A stretch of DNA of 64,000 nucleotides from the NCBI RefSeq assembly GCF_009914755.1, contig NC_060927.1; one strand, written 5' to 3'. A program made the position numbers and the translations under genes. Numbering within the stretch: position 1 is the stretch's first letter; every line of letters starts with the position of its first letter. Shown piece by piece: positions 51,196 to 64,000 of the stretch. The notes beneath the pieces are model-generated. The model was not told the DNA's origin and did not search any database. It worked only from the letters and a program-made list of their open reading frames with translations. This DNA is from the human T2T-CHM13v2.0 reference genome, Homo sapiens.

Positions 51196-51454
51196 GACTC
51201 CATGATTCTCATTCCCCATCCTCAATCAGTGTGAAGGCATCATCCTGAGAACTGGAGTTCAGGTCTGCTGTCTGCTCATGAGTGAGCTTTGTGACCATTT
51301 AAGCCTTCAGACCCCAGTGTCATCCACAGTAAAGGAAGCCGCCACAGCTGATGCTTCTACTGACAAATCCCTGGGCTATAAAAATTTTGTTTCCGCAAAG
51401 ATCTTTTAACCCAGAGGGGACAAAAGAGAAGGGATAGAGCAGGTAGCAGCTCAC

Positions 51455-51630
51455 TCCGTGGTTGAGAGCAGAAGCTGTGGCATCATACCTGATTGGGGAT
51501 ACTGGTTTGCCACTGACTCGCTTGGTAACATTGGGGCCACTTACTTGCCCTCTCTGAGCAGTGGCTTCTTCATGTGTAAAGTGAAGCAATCCTATCACCC
51601 TCCCATGCATGCTGTGCAGAAGGTAATGAT
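51455..51630 (+). mobile_element. MIR fragment
   Basis: gtggttgagagcagaagctgtgg...gccactgactcgcttggtaacattgg...ttcatgtgtaaagtg. Confidence 0.7.
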
Positions 51631-53749
51631 GTGTTCAGGAAGCTGGGGCTGTGCTTGGGTCAGAGCAGGTCAGGGAAAAGGTAGTTGCTGTTGTTCAGGA
51701 GGACTTTCCACATCCATGGGCTCTGCTGTCAACTAGGATGATGATCTCTAGGACTTCCTGGATCCCTAGCACATTGGGGGAATAGCAGCAACCTGGAGGG
51801 AAGGTCGTGTTTCTTAAGTAGAAGCTTGTCCTGGTCTCAAGGTTGTGCTGTCCATTCCCAGCAAGTGGCAGGCATGCACAGGGGAAGAGGGGCACTCAGA
51901 CACTCAGCCAGGCCCCAGAACACTAGCTACTTCTCTTATCATTGTGCTGGAGCCTTTTGCACATGAGAGAAGTTGCCTGTCCCTTCACAGATACTCCCAA
52001 ACACCAGGGCACCTCCCTTATGGTTCAGTGTGAACTCTTGACACCAGGGACTCCAGATGGAGGGTGAAAGATGCTGTGAGAGGAAAGGAAGGGCTCCCAT
52101 GTTAGGATACAGATACCGTATTTCATCCCAAGATTATCTTACATTTCAAATACAACGATCGGAAAAGGAATTTGGGGCAGAGAATGCATGTGACTACAAG
52201 TGTGGGTGAAAGAATTGCAAGAATGGGCTGAGTGCCAGCCACAACAAATGAATGGGCAACTGCCTATGGAGCATGAACTGTGGGGTGAGAATCCCCGGCG
52301 CCAAGGCCATAAATGGTCCCTGAATGTCTTCTGTTAGTGTATTTTCCAGGTTCCCTTAATACAGAGCAGACAATATTGGGAGAAATAAGCAAGGATTGGT
52401 ATTCTGTTAACACATAGGTCAGAAGGACAGGGCCAGGGAAAGCCAGATTGGTGTGTGACCGCTTCACTTTGACTGAAAATGGACCCTCTGGTCCCACACC
52501 TCCACTGCTGGTGCCCTAGTGTCGCTAAGCAGAAGACCCATTATGTGGTAGAAAAAGGCTGGATGACTCCTGCAAAGTGAATGGTGAAGGTTTCATGTTC
52601 CATTTGGAAGCAGCACTGACTAGCATGGAGTAGGTTATGCAGAACACTGAGGCCTTCGTCTTGTCATTGCACGATGAGTTTGGTGGGTGCACTTCCACAT
52701 TCATGCTGATGTGCCTTCTTAAAATTGAGTCTACTTCCTTTTTTTTCTTGCCTTCTCCAAAACCTATCAAATGATCCAGAACATTCTCATTCTGAGAATC
52801 TGATACATACTTCTAAGTTTCTCTTAGGTTGTCTGGAGTGAAAGTGTGGGTTGGCTTGAATAAATGGAGGTTTTATGAAAAGAAGTGAATTCTATTCTTT
52901 GCCAATTCTTTTCCTACATTTTTACATCTTAAAGATAGCAAAAATAATGAGTTTTGTGACTAAAAGTATATAGTATACATATGGTATGTATATGTTCTTA
53001 AATTAATTTTTAAATTTAGGTCTGTAAAGGAGGCTGGGAGAAAATAGAACAGCTGATACGGATGTCTGCCCAATGCCTGCAAGACCTGAGTCCCACATGC
53101 TGATTTTTAATGTTATTGTTTGAGATCTGAAGTCATTTCTTACAAAACCATAATGTAGCCTTCAGAGCAATCTTCCCCAAACAGTTTGACTCAATGAATT
53201 AAGGACTTCACAGGGGATTTGGGCCTGGGGAATATCTGTATATAAGAAATGCACAGAAACCAAACACATAGAGATGAGAAATGCTTATACAGCAGGTGTC
53301 TAAAATTTTGTAAATTTTAAATTAAATTTTTCCCAATATTTTAAAGTTTGGGGTATTTTCACCTCTTGTCTTGGGAGCATTATCTTCCCCTGCGATTCCT
53401 CTAGGATTACTTCTTATTTTCACTCTCCAACTGCTGATACCTCTGTATCACTTGGTTCATCAAACACTGAGATCTCCAAGACCCAAATTGGAGGCAACCG
53501 AATTTCAAAGTTGCCAGAATGCAGAAGATGCCCTATAGAGGCCCCAGAGTTTTACTTCAGAGAAGGTAAAGCTATTTTCAAGAGGTCATGGTTTCAGCTG
53601 ATTCTCTTCGCATCTCATCTTGGTCCTTTGCTTTTGTTCAGTGATAAAGCACGTTGCCAAATACTGCATTTGGCAGCACCAAGATTTGTCAGGAGCTGTG
53701 TGCTGGTAAGAGCAACAGACCGAGGGGACAGCAACAGGACCACAGAGAA

Positions 53750-53985
53750 AAAATTACTGTTTCCTGTCTGGAGGGCTTGCAATGTGCCAGGTGCTGTCCT
53801 GGGGACTTCACATATTCAACATGACAACATCCTTTGCAATCCTGTTGAGAGACAGATGATATTATTCCCCTTATGAACATGGATGTGAAGAGTTGGGTAG
53901 CTTCCCCAATGTTATACCTCTGGTGTGAGTAGAATATACTTCCTAGGATGGCTGACCTCAAAGCCCCAGCTCTTTCTTCTTTCCT
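53750..53985 (-). mobile_element. MIR fragment
   Basis: aatgtgccaggtgctgtcct...attattcccc...atggatgtgaagagttgg...ggctgacctcaaagccc. Confidence 0.65.
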
Positions 53986-55939
53986 GGATCCTGACTCTGA
54001 TCAGCTGTGTCATTGGAAGGCTAAGAAGTAGACAGAAGGAGAGTGGGTAGGGGTGGGGGTGGTTCATTCCTGCAGCCTCCATTTCCCTTTTTTAAAAATT
54101 AGTCCAGGAGGTCTATTCTAGGTCACTCACTAGGCAGGTGGTAGACTCAGAGAACACTGGGTGGGAAGAGAGTGTGGATAATTTGACATTCCCTGCTTTT
54201 TACCACTGAGGAAACAGCACCAGGGTGGAGAGGACACAGGGCTACTCAGGTACCCTGACTCTCAGCTCTCTTTCACACCCCTCTGTGGTCCCTTATCGAG
54301 AAAGATAGTTCTAATACTTCGTAGGAGATAATTTAGCTGAAATGAAAATTCCTTCATATAGTTTTGGAATTGTTAATTAAAAAACGCATGCCCAACAACA
54401 TCTTCACTAAGTACCCAAAATGGCAGATAAATTGCAGCTTCCGCCTTGAATTCCCTTTGGTGGGACGCATTATTAAAATCAGAGAAATTGTGTAATGACT
54501 CTGTGGCATAAATTAGACTGAGGGAAAGATGCACCCCAGATGAATGGGCACATTTCCTTCCCTTGTTTATGTCAGCCCTTCTGTTGGGGAGGTGCGTTTG
54601 CTTTGACACTGCCTCTTCTTGCTTTTATTCCTCTTGGGAAATCTTGACAAAGCCATGGCCAAAGGCTAGGATGCCCTTCTGCTAAAGACATCAACATACA
54701 CTTTTAATTTTTCTTAAAAGCTTTAAATAAATCCAATTAGAAAACTGGCAGCAGTTTTCCTAGGAAAGCAATGTAGGGTCATGCTTTGCTTCTCTTTGGT
54801 TATGTTATAAATCAAACTGGACTTCACATGCAGAATGTGGAGGGAAGACATCCTTGGACTATGAAGAGCATTGTTTGGTCATTTTTGGTTCTTTGTTAGT
54901 GACGCGCAGCATGAAATTCTGAATTAGTGAGGAGAAAATAATCACTACATTCCTGGGATGGTTGAGGCATTGGCTGCCTAAACCCTGGTAGCCGCTTGGA
55001 AGTGTCCCAGGGAGGCATCCTCCACTATCTGAAGCTCTTGCCTTCCAAATTTAGGAGATTAATAGGTTTGGATAAATGTTTTGAAATAGGGCTGGTATCC
55101 TTAGCTAGCCAAATTCTCGCTGTTTTGCTATCCAACTTTCAGGAACTAAATAGGTTCAGATAATTAGGTATCCTTCTGTATTTTGGAGATACATCCTAGT
55201 TTTCTCCTTTCAACTGTATTGGTTTGAATATGGAGGGATATTTGTAGTTTCCTGATTCCAGCTATTTCTTGAAAACAAGGATAGTGTATGTGAGTTTCAA
55301 TCTGATGCGATGGAGAAGACACAGACTCAGAAGCTGTTTGTTAGAGCTGGGTCCCCAACTGCTATAAATAGATGGGGTGATGCTATCCAAAGTCTTTAAG
55401 TAATCTGTCAAAGTCATATGGTTATTAAGAGGCAAAGCTGGATTCAAACCAGCCAGTCTGGCTCCAGTGTCCTTCAGCCACTGCACAATTGATGGTGTGA
55501 TCTTGGGGAAGTCATTTGTCTTTCGGACCTCACAACCCTTCCGTAAAATGAAGAGGTTAGACTCCAGGGTTTCCAAACTGCTCACTAGTCCTAATACTCT
55601 GTAGCGATGGGAACACTGTTACATGGTGCTCTATACCCAGAACAAGCACAAGTAGAGGTGGGAAGGACCCTTGACCTCCTTCCCCCACAGACCAAAGGAA
55701 AGCGCTGCCCATGAACATATTGCATAGACTTGTCATGAAAGTTATAACTGCAAAATGAACAGACTTATTGGGGAGAAAAGACCCATACATTTACTCACAA
55801 TGAAAAATTAATTTGTTAAAAATGTATTTCACATGTAACCTTTTTTTTTTTTTGAGTCTGCTTAAAATGTATTCTTATTCTCCTGCTTTCTCTGTGTGCT
55901 CCCACCAAGCCTAAGATCAAGGGCTAACAAGTACTTTTT

Positions 55940-56238
55940 TTTTTTTTTTTTTTTGAGACGGAGTCTCACTCTTGTTGCCTAGGCTGGAGTGCAGTGGCGT
56001 GATCTTGGCTCACTGCAACCTCCACCCCCGGGTTCAAGCGCGATTCTCCTGCCTCAGCCTCCTCAGTAGCTGGGATTACAGGTGCCAGCCACCACATCTG
56101 GCTAATTTTTGTATTTTTAGTAGAGATGGGGTTTTGCCATGTTGGCCAGGCTGGTCTCGAACTCCTGACCTCAGGTGATCTGCCCACCTCGGGCTCCCAA
56201 AGTGCTGGGATAATGGGCGTGTACCACCATGCCCAGCC
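55940..56238 (-). mobile_element. Full-length AluS (AluSq-like) with TSD
   Basis: Poly(T) tail, tctcactcttgttgcc diagnostic; TSD acaagtacttttt on both sides (55927 and 56239). Confidence 0.95.
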
Positions 56239-56334
56239 ACAAGTACTTTTTTCTGGGTGGTCCAAAGCTGGTACAGGGTTGCAGAGGTATGTGCATGCCT
56301 TCCTGCCATATGGGCATCAGGCATGGGGTAGGAT

Positions 56335-56520
56335 CTACAGTGGCTTCCAGCCCTGCAGCCCTGTTGGTTAGTCATCTGTGTGACCTTGGGCAAATCCCTT
56401 GGTCTCATGTCCCTCAAGTTCTCCAATTACGAAATGGCAATTGAGGATAACAAAATGCTCCTCTGGGTTTGTCTGTGAGAAATGAGTTGGTCTGTGAGCA
56501 AACTGAAAAGTGCTATAGAT
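56335..56520 (+). mobile_element. MIR fragment
   Basis: ctgtgtgaccttgggcaaatcccttggtctc...gtctgtgagaaatgag. Confidence 0.7.
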
Positions 56521-57279
56521 GTGGGAGAGGCAGACTGACCCTTACAGTAGAGCAAGGACATTAAAGTGAGACAGTACCCATTGAATCTGACTATACCTAT
56601 GGACAGCCAGAAAGCCAACATGAGCCCCTTCACCTTTCTGAGCTTACTTATTTCTGTGGTTTACTTATTTTTAAAACTGGAATAATGATACTCGCTTCAT
56701 AGAGTTGTTGCAATATTTGAAAAGAAATAGGAGGACTGACACGTAGTAGATAACACATAAAAACTATAGTGTGCTCTGAGACATCTTAAGAGAACAGTAA
56801 TACTGCACAGACCTTCTGTGTAGACGGAGGGGGACTAGTAGGATGGCAGGATCAACCCGCTTCATTAGGGAACCAGGCAGGAATTAGTTTCTGTGCCCCC
56901 CCAAACACAATAGCTTCACAGTGATAGTCAAATAATTTTTATTGAGTGCCTTTCTTATGCCAGGTGCTGGCTTTGGATAAGAAAGAGGCTTCCTCTTCTG
57001 CTATACCTTGCTTTGAGTGCCAGGCATGATTCTTTGTTTTTCTTTTCCATTCCAATGGTACCTTTAGCCAGATGTCCTCCCCAGAGGCCATTAGCACATA
57101 TTAAGTGTGTGTGCAAAATACCTGATAATTGAGCTTAAGAGCAGAGAAATGAACACAAACACCACTATCACTGTGTACCTTCACTACTTCATTCTGCACT
57201 AATCCCACAAATGAAACAGGCAGCCATTAGTTTAGTGACCTATTCAATAGACTGAAAAAAGAAGAGACGCAGAATATTC

Positions 57280-57465
57280 TTCAGGGTTCCTGGCTCTCAG
57301 GGAGGCTAGGAAATATCTGAAATTGTGCTTTATGTAAGTGCAAAATTATCTTTTTTCTGTGCAGGTAGGCATAGGCGGGTGAAATTATACATTTTTCTGG
57401 GGAGAGGGTCTATATCACCTTTCATATCCTTAAAGGGATGAAGATCTAAAAATTGTAGCCCACTA
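57280..57465 (+). mobile_element. hAT-Charlie MITE (Charlie4z-like)
   Basis: tacatttttctggggagagggtctata...tttcatatccttaaaggg matches the recalled consensus. Confidence 0.65.
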
Positions 57466-59089
57466 ATCTACTGAGTTGTTATTTCTTTTTAGACAGGAGG
57501 AGGTTGAAATAATTAGCTTTACCTTAATATGCGGGAGAGAAAATGTCTCTCATTAGCCTTTAACAGCCTGAAAGGGTACAAACTTTCAAGACTGCACCAA
57601 TGTACATTTTCAATTAATGTTGAGTAAATTTGCATTTTGTAAATGTGATCAAATGTGTATGACTCTATATTAAAAACATTTCTATGCTCTGGTGGAAAGC
57701 ACAAAGCCAGTGCATGGGGTTAACACTGACAATCCTGAGTCAACTCTCTATTTGTTTTAGAGGTAGCTCTGCAGTGCATAGAAATTAATAAGTAATTTTC
57801 TTGGTGACAGCCTGAGGCAACTGAATGAATGCTTATATCAAAGTCATATGCAGCATGGAAAAGAGCAAATGATTTTCAGAGAGGGAGTCTATGGTAGTGG
57901 AGGAGGGAGTAGTGCTATGGGGAAGCAACTAATGGGAATTCTCATATTTTAGTCATTAACCTAGAACTGGGATGTCATCATTTTGTCAGAAAGAGGGAAT
58001 AAAAATCCCAGAGGCCACAGGAGTCTTGAATGCCAAATTGGAATCAAAGTTTGAAATGGGGCTTGTACTCCCCATAGAGGTACCCTGTGTTCTTTTCTTG
58101 GGAATAATCCGCACCCTGCCATTAAGCATTCCACATGGATGGCACACTTGCAAATGCTGAGCCTGGCCTTACATGGCTTGTAGGCTTAGGGGAGCCCACC
58201 CTGCCTTCCTCTCTTTTGCCAGAGCATCTTCTTCAGTTGGAATTCCAGCCTCCGAAGCTCTGGGAGAGTGAGAAGCAGGGAGGGCGGGGAGGAGAAATTA
58301 TTTGAAGTTTGGTATCTGTTGATAGCAATCAACTCTTTTCCTCCAACCTCCTCACTCTGTAGTGTGAGATAGAGACTGTAAGTCAAATAGACCTAGATAC
58401 AAATGCAAATTTCTCATCCATAAAGTGGGGCTAGTAATGACTACCTCACAGGGTGACTAAAAAGCATACTACTTATGCAAACCCCAGATTGCACAAGAGG
58501 TACACAACAGAAGTTAGGATCTAAGTATTGTCATCCTTGTGTGGGCAAGAAGCAGTCTATCCACACACAAATCTTTTCTTGGGCTTTGGAGTTCCATTCT
58601 TGATGGCTCTCTTATGCCCCTAGCAGCCTTTATAGAAATTCCCGGGAACCTACCTTTACCTAGTTTGGGGATTATTGACACACTGAGGACATTGTTTTCT
58701 GCCTAATTATACATATTGGAGCTTTTTTGAAGTAAACATTTACCTTTTGGAGTTTTAAATCCTGGCAAGCCAGATTTCCATCCTAATGACCATTAGCCAA
58801 GAAACTTTAATGGACTCTCAGCTGTAGGAATTCTGATCAGTCCCAAGACCAAAAGAGAGCTTGGAGATCCCAGTGGTACCTTGTCAAGGGAATCACTAAG
58901 TAAGTAGCAATGGTCTATGGATGGGAATGTCATGGTGCTGTAAACTTTCTGTAAAGCACATAGGGCAGTAGGAAGTGGATGACTGCAGCAGCCTGCCTGT
59001 GCTTTTCCTTCACATCCTGTCCCTTTGCAGCCCATTTTCTCCATAGCAGCCAATGTGAGCACAAAAGGCAAAAGAGCATCAGGGACTGT

Positions 59090-59320
59090 TAGAGGGTGAA
59101 CTGTAGAGTCAGTTGGAATCCAAGTTCTAAATCTTACTAGCTGTGAGAACTTGTGTGTATGTTATTTAACTTCCTTCTGCCTCCATCATTCCATGTAGGA
59201 TAATAATAGTACCTGCCTCATAGGGTTGTTTTGTGGATTAAGTGAGGGAACCTATGTAAGCCCCAGAATGGTACTTGATTCACAGAAAAGCTTGCTGATA
59301 TTAGCAATTTTTATTATTTT
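59090..59320 (+). mobile_element. MIR
   Basis: cttactagctgtgagaacttg...ttatttaacttc...gataataatagtacctgcctcatagggttgttttgtggattaagtgag. Confidence 0.85.
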
Positions 59321-59364
59321 GCCAGTCATTTGTTTAAGCTACTTCACTGACTGAACACCAAAAG

Positions 59365-59822
59365 TTTTAGTATGGCTGTTAAGTCCCTGCAAGACCTGCC
59401 CTCTGCCTGCCTCTCCAACTTCATCCTGAGCTCCTTGCCTGTGGTCTTATTGTATTTGTTTTCTTTTTGTCCTTGAAAAGTGCTACCTTTGGAGCTCTTT
59501 TCTCCCTGTGCATTTTCTTCCCAACTCACCTTCCCAGTTGCTCGGGTAACATATGCCACTTCTCAGCTTGGACTCCAGCAGGGAGCCAGGGCTCCCTGTC
59601 ATGAGCTCACAAAGTAGCCTCTTCTTTCTCTGCATGGCATTTATCACCACTTGTAATTATACACTGTGTCTTTATCTGATTAGAACCTGTCTCTTCCAGA
59701 AATCTGTGAGCTCTGCAGGGGCAGGGGCAGCATTCATTTGCTTGCCCTTGTTTCCTGGTGCCTGGCCTAGGATTCAGTACTATCTGTAAGCTAGATAGTA
59801 TTTGAGGAGTGAGTGGTTGAGC
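59365..59822 (+). mobile_element. L2 3' region
   Basis: gacctgccctctgcctgcctctccaacttcatc...ctgtgagctctgcaggggcagggg...tatttgaggagtgagtg. Confidence 0.75.
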
Positions 59823-61147
59823 ATTCACTTTCTGAAGCACTAACAATCACATACATTCTACTTACGTTCTGTATCATTTTTTAGAACTGTTTCCATGTCA
59901 TTAATTAAAACAATTATAGTCCAGCCCCAAATCCATATAGTGATTTATGCTGCTTTTAATTAGGGACCAACACTGAGACAGCTTGGCTGAAGCCTAGAAT
60001 AACCCCCTCGGCCTTGTGAAGTGTTTTCCCTGAAGAATCAGAGGGCATTGTTCATCTCTACCTTTTCTAGTTGATACTTTTGTTTGAAGTAAGTGGGAAA
60101 TAATGATATCCAGGGGCATGGTCTCAAAATACAGATATGTAGGTAAAAAGCCCAAAATGTGCACAACTCAGGAAATCTAGAAACATTTGGATTTTCACTT
60201 TAAGATTCTGCTTTCCTTCACAATTGTGTATGAAGTGAACATATTGTTAATATCCAAATCACAGCATTATGTCAAATGTCCCACCCATCCCTGTTGTTCT
60301 GATCACATCAGTGGGCATGCTAGATCTATCTTTACAGGGGGCCCAACATCAGATAGAATGCAAGGCATCTGTTACTCATCAGCATATTTCCAGTATTTAG
60401 CATGTTGTCACTAATTTCTGTCCTACATTTTAGATTATATTTATTTAGGATGAGGACACATTTACTCTAACTCTTGTATATTGTATATACTAAATGCTAG
60501 ATGTAAAAATGCTTTTTCAATTAAAACACATGCTATTAAGTATAAAAGAAATACATAAAAAAATTAAAACATAATTCCTGTACCCTGAGATAATTAAAGT
60601 CTGCATTTGGAGTATAATTTATAATTTTTGTCTTTTCTCTTGTGTTATATGTACAACTGCATTTATGCACCAAGTTGGAATTATATAGTACATATTTTCT
60701 TTGAAAATAAATACATCAAGGACACTTTTAAACCTTCTTAATTATTGTTTTCAAACTTGTAAAAAAACTTTTGAGCCCGGAAACTTTCAAACATGCATAA
60801 AAACACAGAACATGGTAACAACCCTTTATGTACCTATTACCCAGACCCAACACCTACCACAGAGCAATTTTGAAGCAACTTTCAGCTATCACATTACTTC
60901 CTCCATAAATATGTAGCCTGGATTGATAAAAGATAAGGACCTCTTTTTTCCCCTAATCAATTGGTAATTTTGAAATTAAATTGTAACATAATCAAGAGGC
61001 TGTATGACAAGAGTGATAAAATTGTTAATGGAGATTAAGCACAAACTAGATGGAATTTGTAAAATCTCGTATTTAAAAAAATAATCTGGATGATGTTATG
61101 TAGTTTTTTGTTTGTTTCTTTCTTTCTTTTTTCTTATGCATTCGTCT

Positions 61148-62214
61148 TTTTTTTTTTCATTCAACTTTTATTTTAAGTTCTGGTAGTGCAGGTTTGTTAC
61201 ATAGGTAAACACGTGCCATGGTGGTTTGCTGCACAGATCAACTCATCACCCAGGTATTAAGCACAGCATCCATTGGCTTTTCTTCCTGATGCTCTCCCTA
61301 CCCCGACCCCACTGACTGGCCTCAATGTGTGTTGTTCCCCCCATGTGTTCATGAGTTCTCATCATTCAGCTCCCACTTGTAATTGAGAACATGTGGTGTT
61401 TGGTTTTTTGTTCATGTGTTAGTTTGCTGAGGATAGTGGCTTCCAAATCTATCCATGTGCCTCCAAAAAACATGATCTTGCTCCTTTATATGGCTGCATA
61501 GTATTCCATGGTGTATATGAACCACATTTTATTTATCCAGTCTATCATTGATGGGCATTTGGGTTGATTCCATGTCTTTGGAATTGTGAATAGTGCTGCA
61601 ATGAACATACACGTGCAAGTATCTCTATAACAGAATGATTTATATTCCTTTGGGTATATACCCAGTAATGGGATTGCTGGGTCAAATGGTATTTCTGCCT
61701 CTAGGTCTTTGAGGAATCACCACACTGTCCTCCACAATGGTTGAACTAATTTACACTCCCACCAACAGTGTAAAAGCATTCCTTTTTCACTGCAACCTTG
61801 CCAGCATCTGTTGCTTCCTGACTTTTTAATAATCACCATTCTGACTGGCATGAGATGGTATCTCATTTCTGATTTTGATTTGCATTTCTCTAATGATCAG
61901 TGATGTTGAGCTTTTTTTTATATGTTTCTTGGCCACATGAGTGTCTTTTTTTGATAAGTGTCTGTTCATGTCTTTTCATACTTTTAATGGGGTGGTTTTT
62001 TTCTTGTAAATTTGTTTAAGTTCCTTGTAGACTCTGGATATTAGACTCTTGTCAGATGGACAGATTGTAAAAATGTTCTTCCATTCTGTAGGTTGTCTGT
62101 TCACTCTGATGATATTTTCTTTCGGTGTGCAGACGCTGTTTAGTTTAACTAGACCCCATTTATCAATTTTTGCTTTTGTTGCAATTGCTTTTGGCGTTTT
62201 TGTCATGAAATTTT
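61148..62214 (-). mobile_element. 5'-truncated L1PA (L1PA8-10-like): 3'UTR and ORF2 end
   Basis: ORF 61976-62206 [17 protein letters not shown]...[12 protein letters not shown] is L1 ORF2; canonical 3'UTR gcaggtttgttacataggtaaacacgtgccatggtggtttgctgcac. Confidence 0.95.
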
Positions 62215-62441
62215 TGAGATAAGGCTTCTTTTATTAAATACATACCCACAATGTCATTATCGCTCCTAAAAAAGTAATTCCTCACTATCATGAAATATTT
62301 AGTCATGGTTAAATTTTACAAAATTGACTTATCTTAGTTTCTTGTATTAGAAAATGTTTTCTAGATACTAAGGGTGTTCTTTGCTACTAAGATTTTTCAT
62401 TGTTCCTAGTCTTCTCATTAGATAGAGCAAAGGACAATGTA

Positions 62442-62519
62442 TTAGGTCAAACTATAAGAAATTGTCTTGTTATTAGTTAAAGTGATCTGATATTGGCAAT
62501 TTCACTTGGTTTAACCTAT
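62442..62519. mobile_element. MADE2-like mariner MITE (~80 bp)
   Basis: ttaggtcaaactataagaaattg ... atattggcaatttcacttggtttaaccta, degenerate inverted ends. Confidence 0.75.
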
Positions 62520-62908
62520 TTTTAGGACAAAACATATTATGAGTTGCAACTGACACATCCCAGTGAGTTTACTTGACTTCATTGGTCTTGGCAGTCTGAC
62601 ACCACTTACCCCAGATATCTGGTAAGGTTAGTTTCTACTCATTGCCTTTCTTCTCTTAAGGGATGTCTTGGTTTGGAACCTCGTTCATTCATCCAGTGGT
62701 TGCATAATAGTCCATCACTTACCTGTACCATAATTTATTTAATCCATTTCTTTTACCTGGATATCTTTATGCCCATATTTCTCTATTGTAAATGTGGTAG
62801 TGGTGAACACACTCACATTTGAATCTCTGTTTTAAATCTGATTATTACTTTAAAATAAATTTTAAAATGTGAAATTTCTGGGTCCAGGGGGTAGAACCCC
62901 TTTGAAGG

Positions 62909-62967
62909 CTTTTAGCGTTACTTTTAATGGTAAAAAAAACAGCAATCACTTTAGTAGCAGTGTAATA
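62909..62967. mobile_element. Partial MADE1-like mariner MITE within an old L1
   Basis: ttacttttaatggtaaaaaaaacagcaatcacttt...taata resembles the MADE1 3' half. Confidence 0.55.
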
Positions 62968-64000
62968 CATTTTGCCAAATTTCTTTCCCCCCTTACTCCC
63001 ATTGCTGTCCCACTGTTAGCTTTTCCATTTAATTCTCTATTCCTAGCTAATTGGATATTTCTAGTTTGTACTTTTTACATTTGCATATTAATACTTGTGC
63101 TATTTATACTAACAATATTTAAAAGCATGAACTATTTGTAAATAAATTAGAGTTTATTTTCTTCCATAACCATGCATGACATTCCTACAACTGATTCAGA
63201 TTAAGGGCCTGTCTTAAAAATACTATTGATTTTCTTCTCCACAACAATGCTCTGATGTCTCTCCACTGCCACCAAGTAATTTGTGGGGCTGAAAACAACT
63301 CGAAGGCTAGGATTCTAGGCTCTGGAGAATGTCTTGTTTTGTGTGTATAGATTTATGTATGTATCTATTTATGTGTGTTTGTGCATGCATATGTGTATAA
63401 ATAGACATAGATATATTACAAAGTATTTAACTTATTAAATAAGTATAAACAAATGAATTAAACAATACCAACTAGATTAAAAGATGACAGTAACAACTTC
63501 TAAGTATCAAGTATGTTGAGCTATTTCTAAGTTATTTTGAGTTAAATAAATCTGAACTTTCCTTATTTTAAGACGTTTTAAGAAATCAAGGCTCTCATAT
63601 TAATTACAATTCTGTACAGTAAAATTCATTGTCCATCTTCTATAAGCCAAGCATTTTACTAGGTGAGTTTACATAGTTTATGACATTGTTTACTAAGTTG
63701 CTAAAGCTATAGTGTTTTGAATTCACCCAGTCTGATTCTCCCATGTTTTACACATCAGCCATTTTCAGTAGCTGTACCTTTCTTTTCTCATCTTTTTTGG
63801 TGTCTTTCAATGACCCCCTACATATGGCTGAGGCAATTCTCACCCTGAAACAGATGGCACTGCGCTATCCGTGTGCTCTCTAGCTCCTCTTTGCCATTTA
63901 TCATAGAAACACATCACTAAAGTTTTAGTCAACACTCCTGGGGTGCTAATGTGCAAAGAAAGGAATAGTCTGAATCTGTTCAGGCCAGACAATGCATTGC

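Noticed and set aside
55360-55575. Adjacent oppositely oriented MIR fragments as a possible miRNA-like hairpin
   Set aside because: The fragments overlap little in consensus coordinates and are too diverged for an extended stem by eye

Overview
Primate genomic DNA (human or great-ape-like, judged from AluY/AluS/AluJ and L1PA elements), most likely a large intron or an intergenic region. I found no convincing protein-coding exon, CpG island, tRNA/rRNA or recognisable ncRNA gene, and I could not name the locus. The only ORFs with recognisable protein similarity are decayed LINE-1 ORF2 pieces and Alu-derived frames. Much of the window is interspersed repeat: 7 Alu elements, several L1 fragments, many MIR and L2 relics, MaLR/ERVL solo LTRs and DNA-transposon MITEs. 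Subfamily names come from my recall of consensus sequences, not a RepeatMasker run, and old-element boundaries are approximate. The most unusual structure is a perfect 110-bp non-tandem duplication of apparently unique sequence (3178-3287 = 4689-4798), with further short re-used segments nearby, suggesting a recent templated-insertion or template-switch event. Other leads are motif-dense non-repeat blocks (candidate enhancers), inverted Alu pairs, two short perfect inverted repeats and one protein-like small ORF. I see no evidence for a new multi-component biological system.
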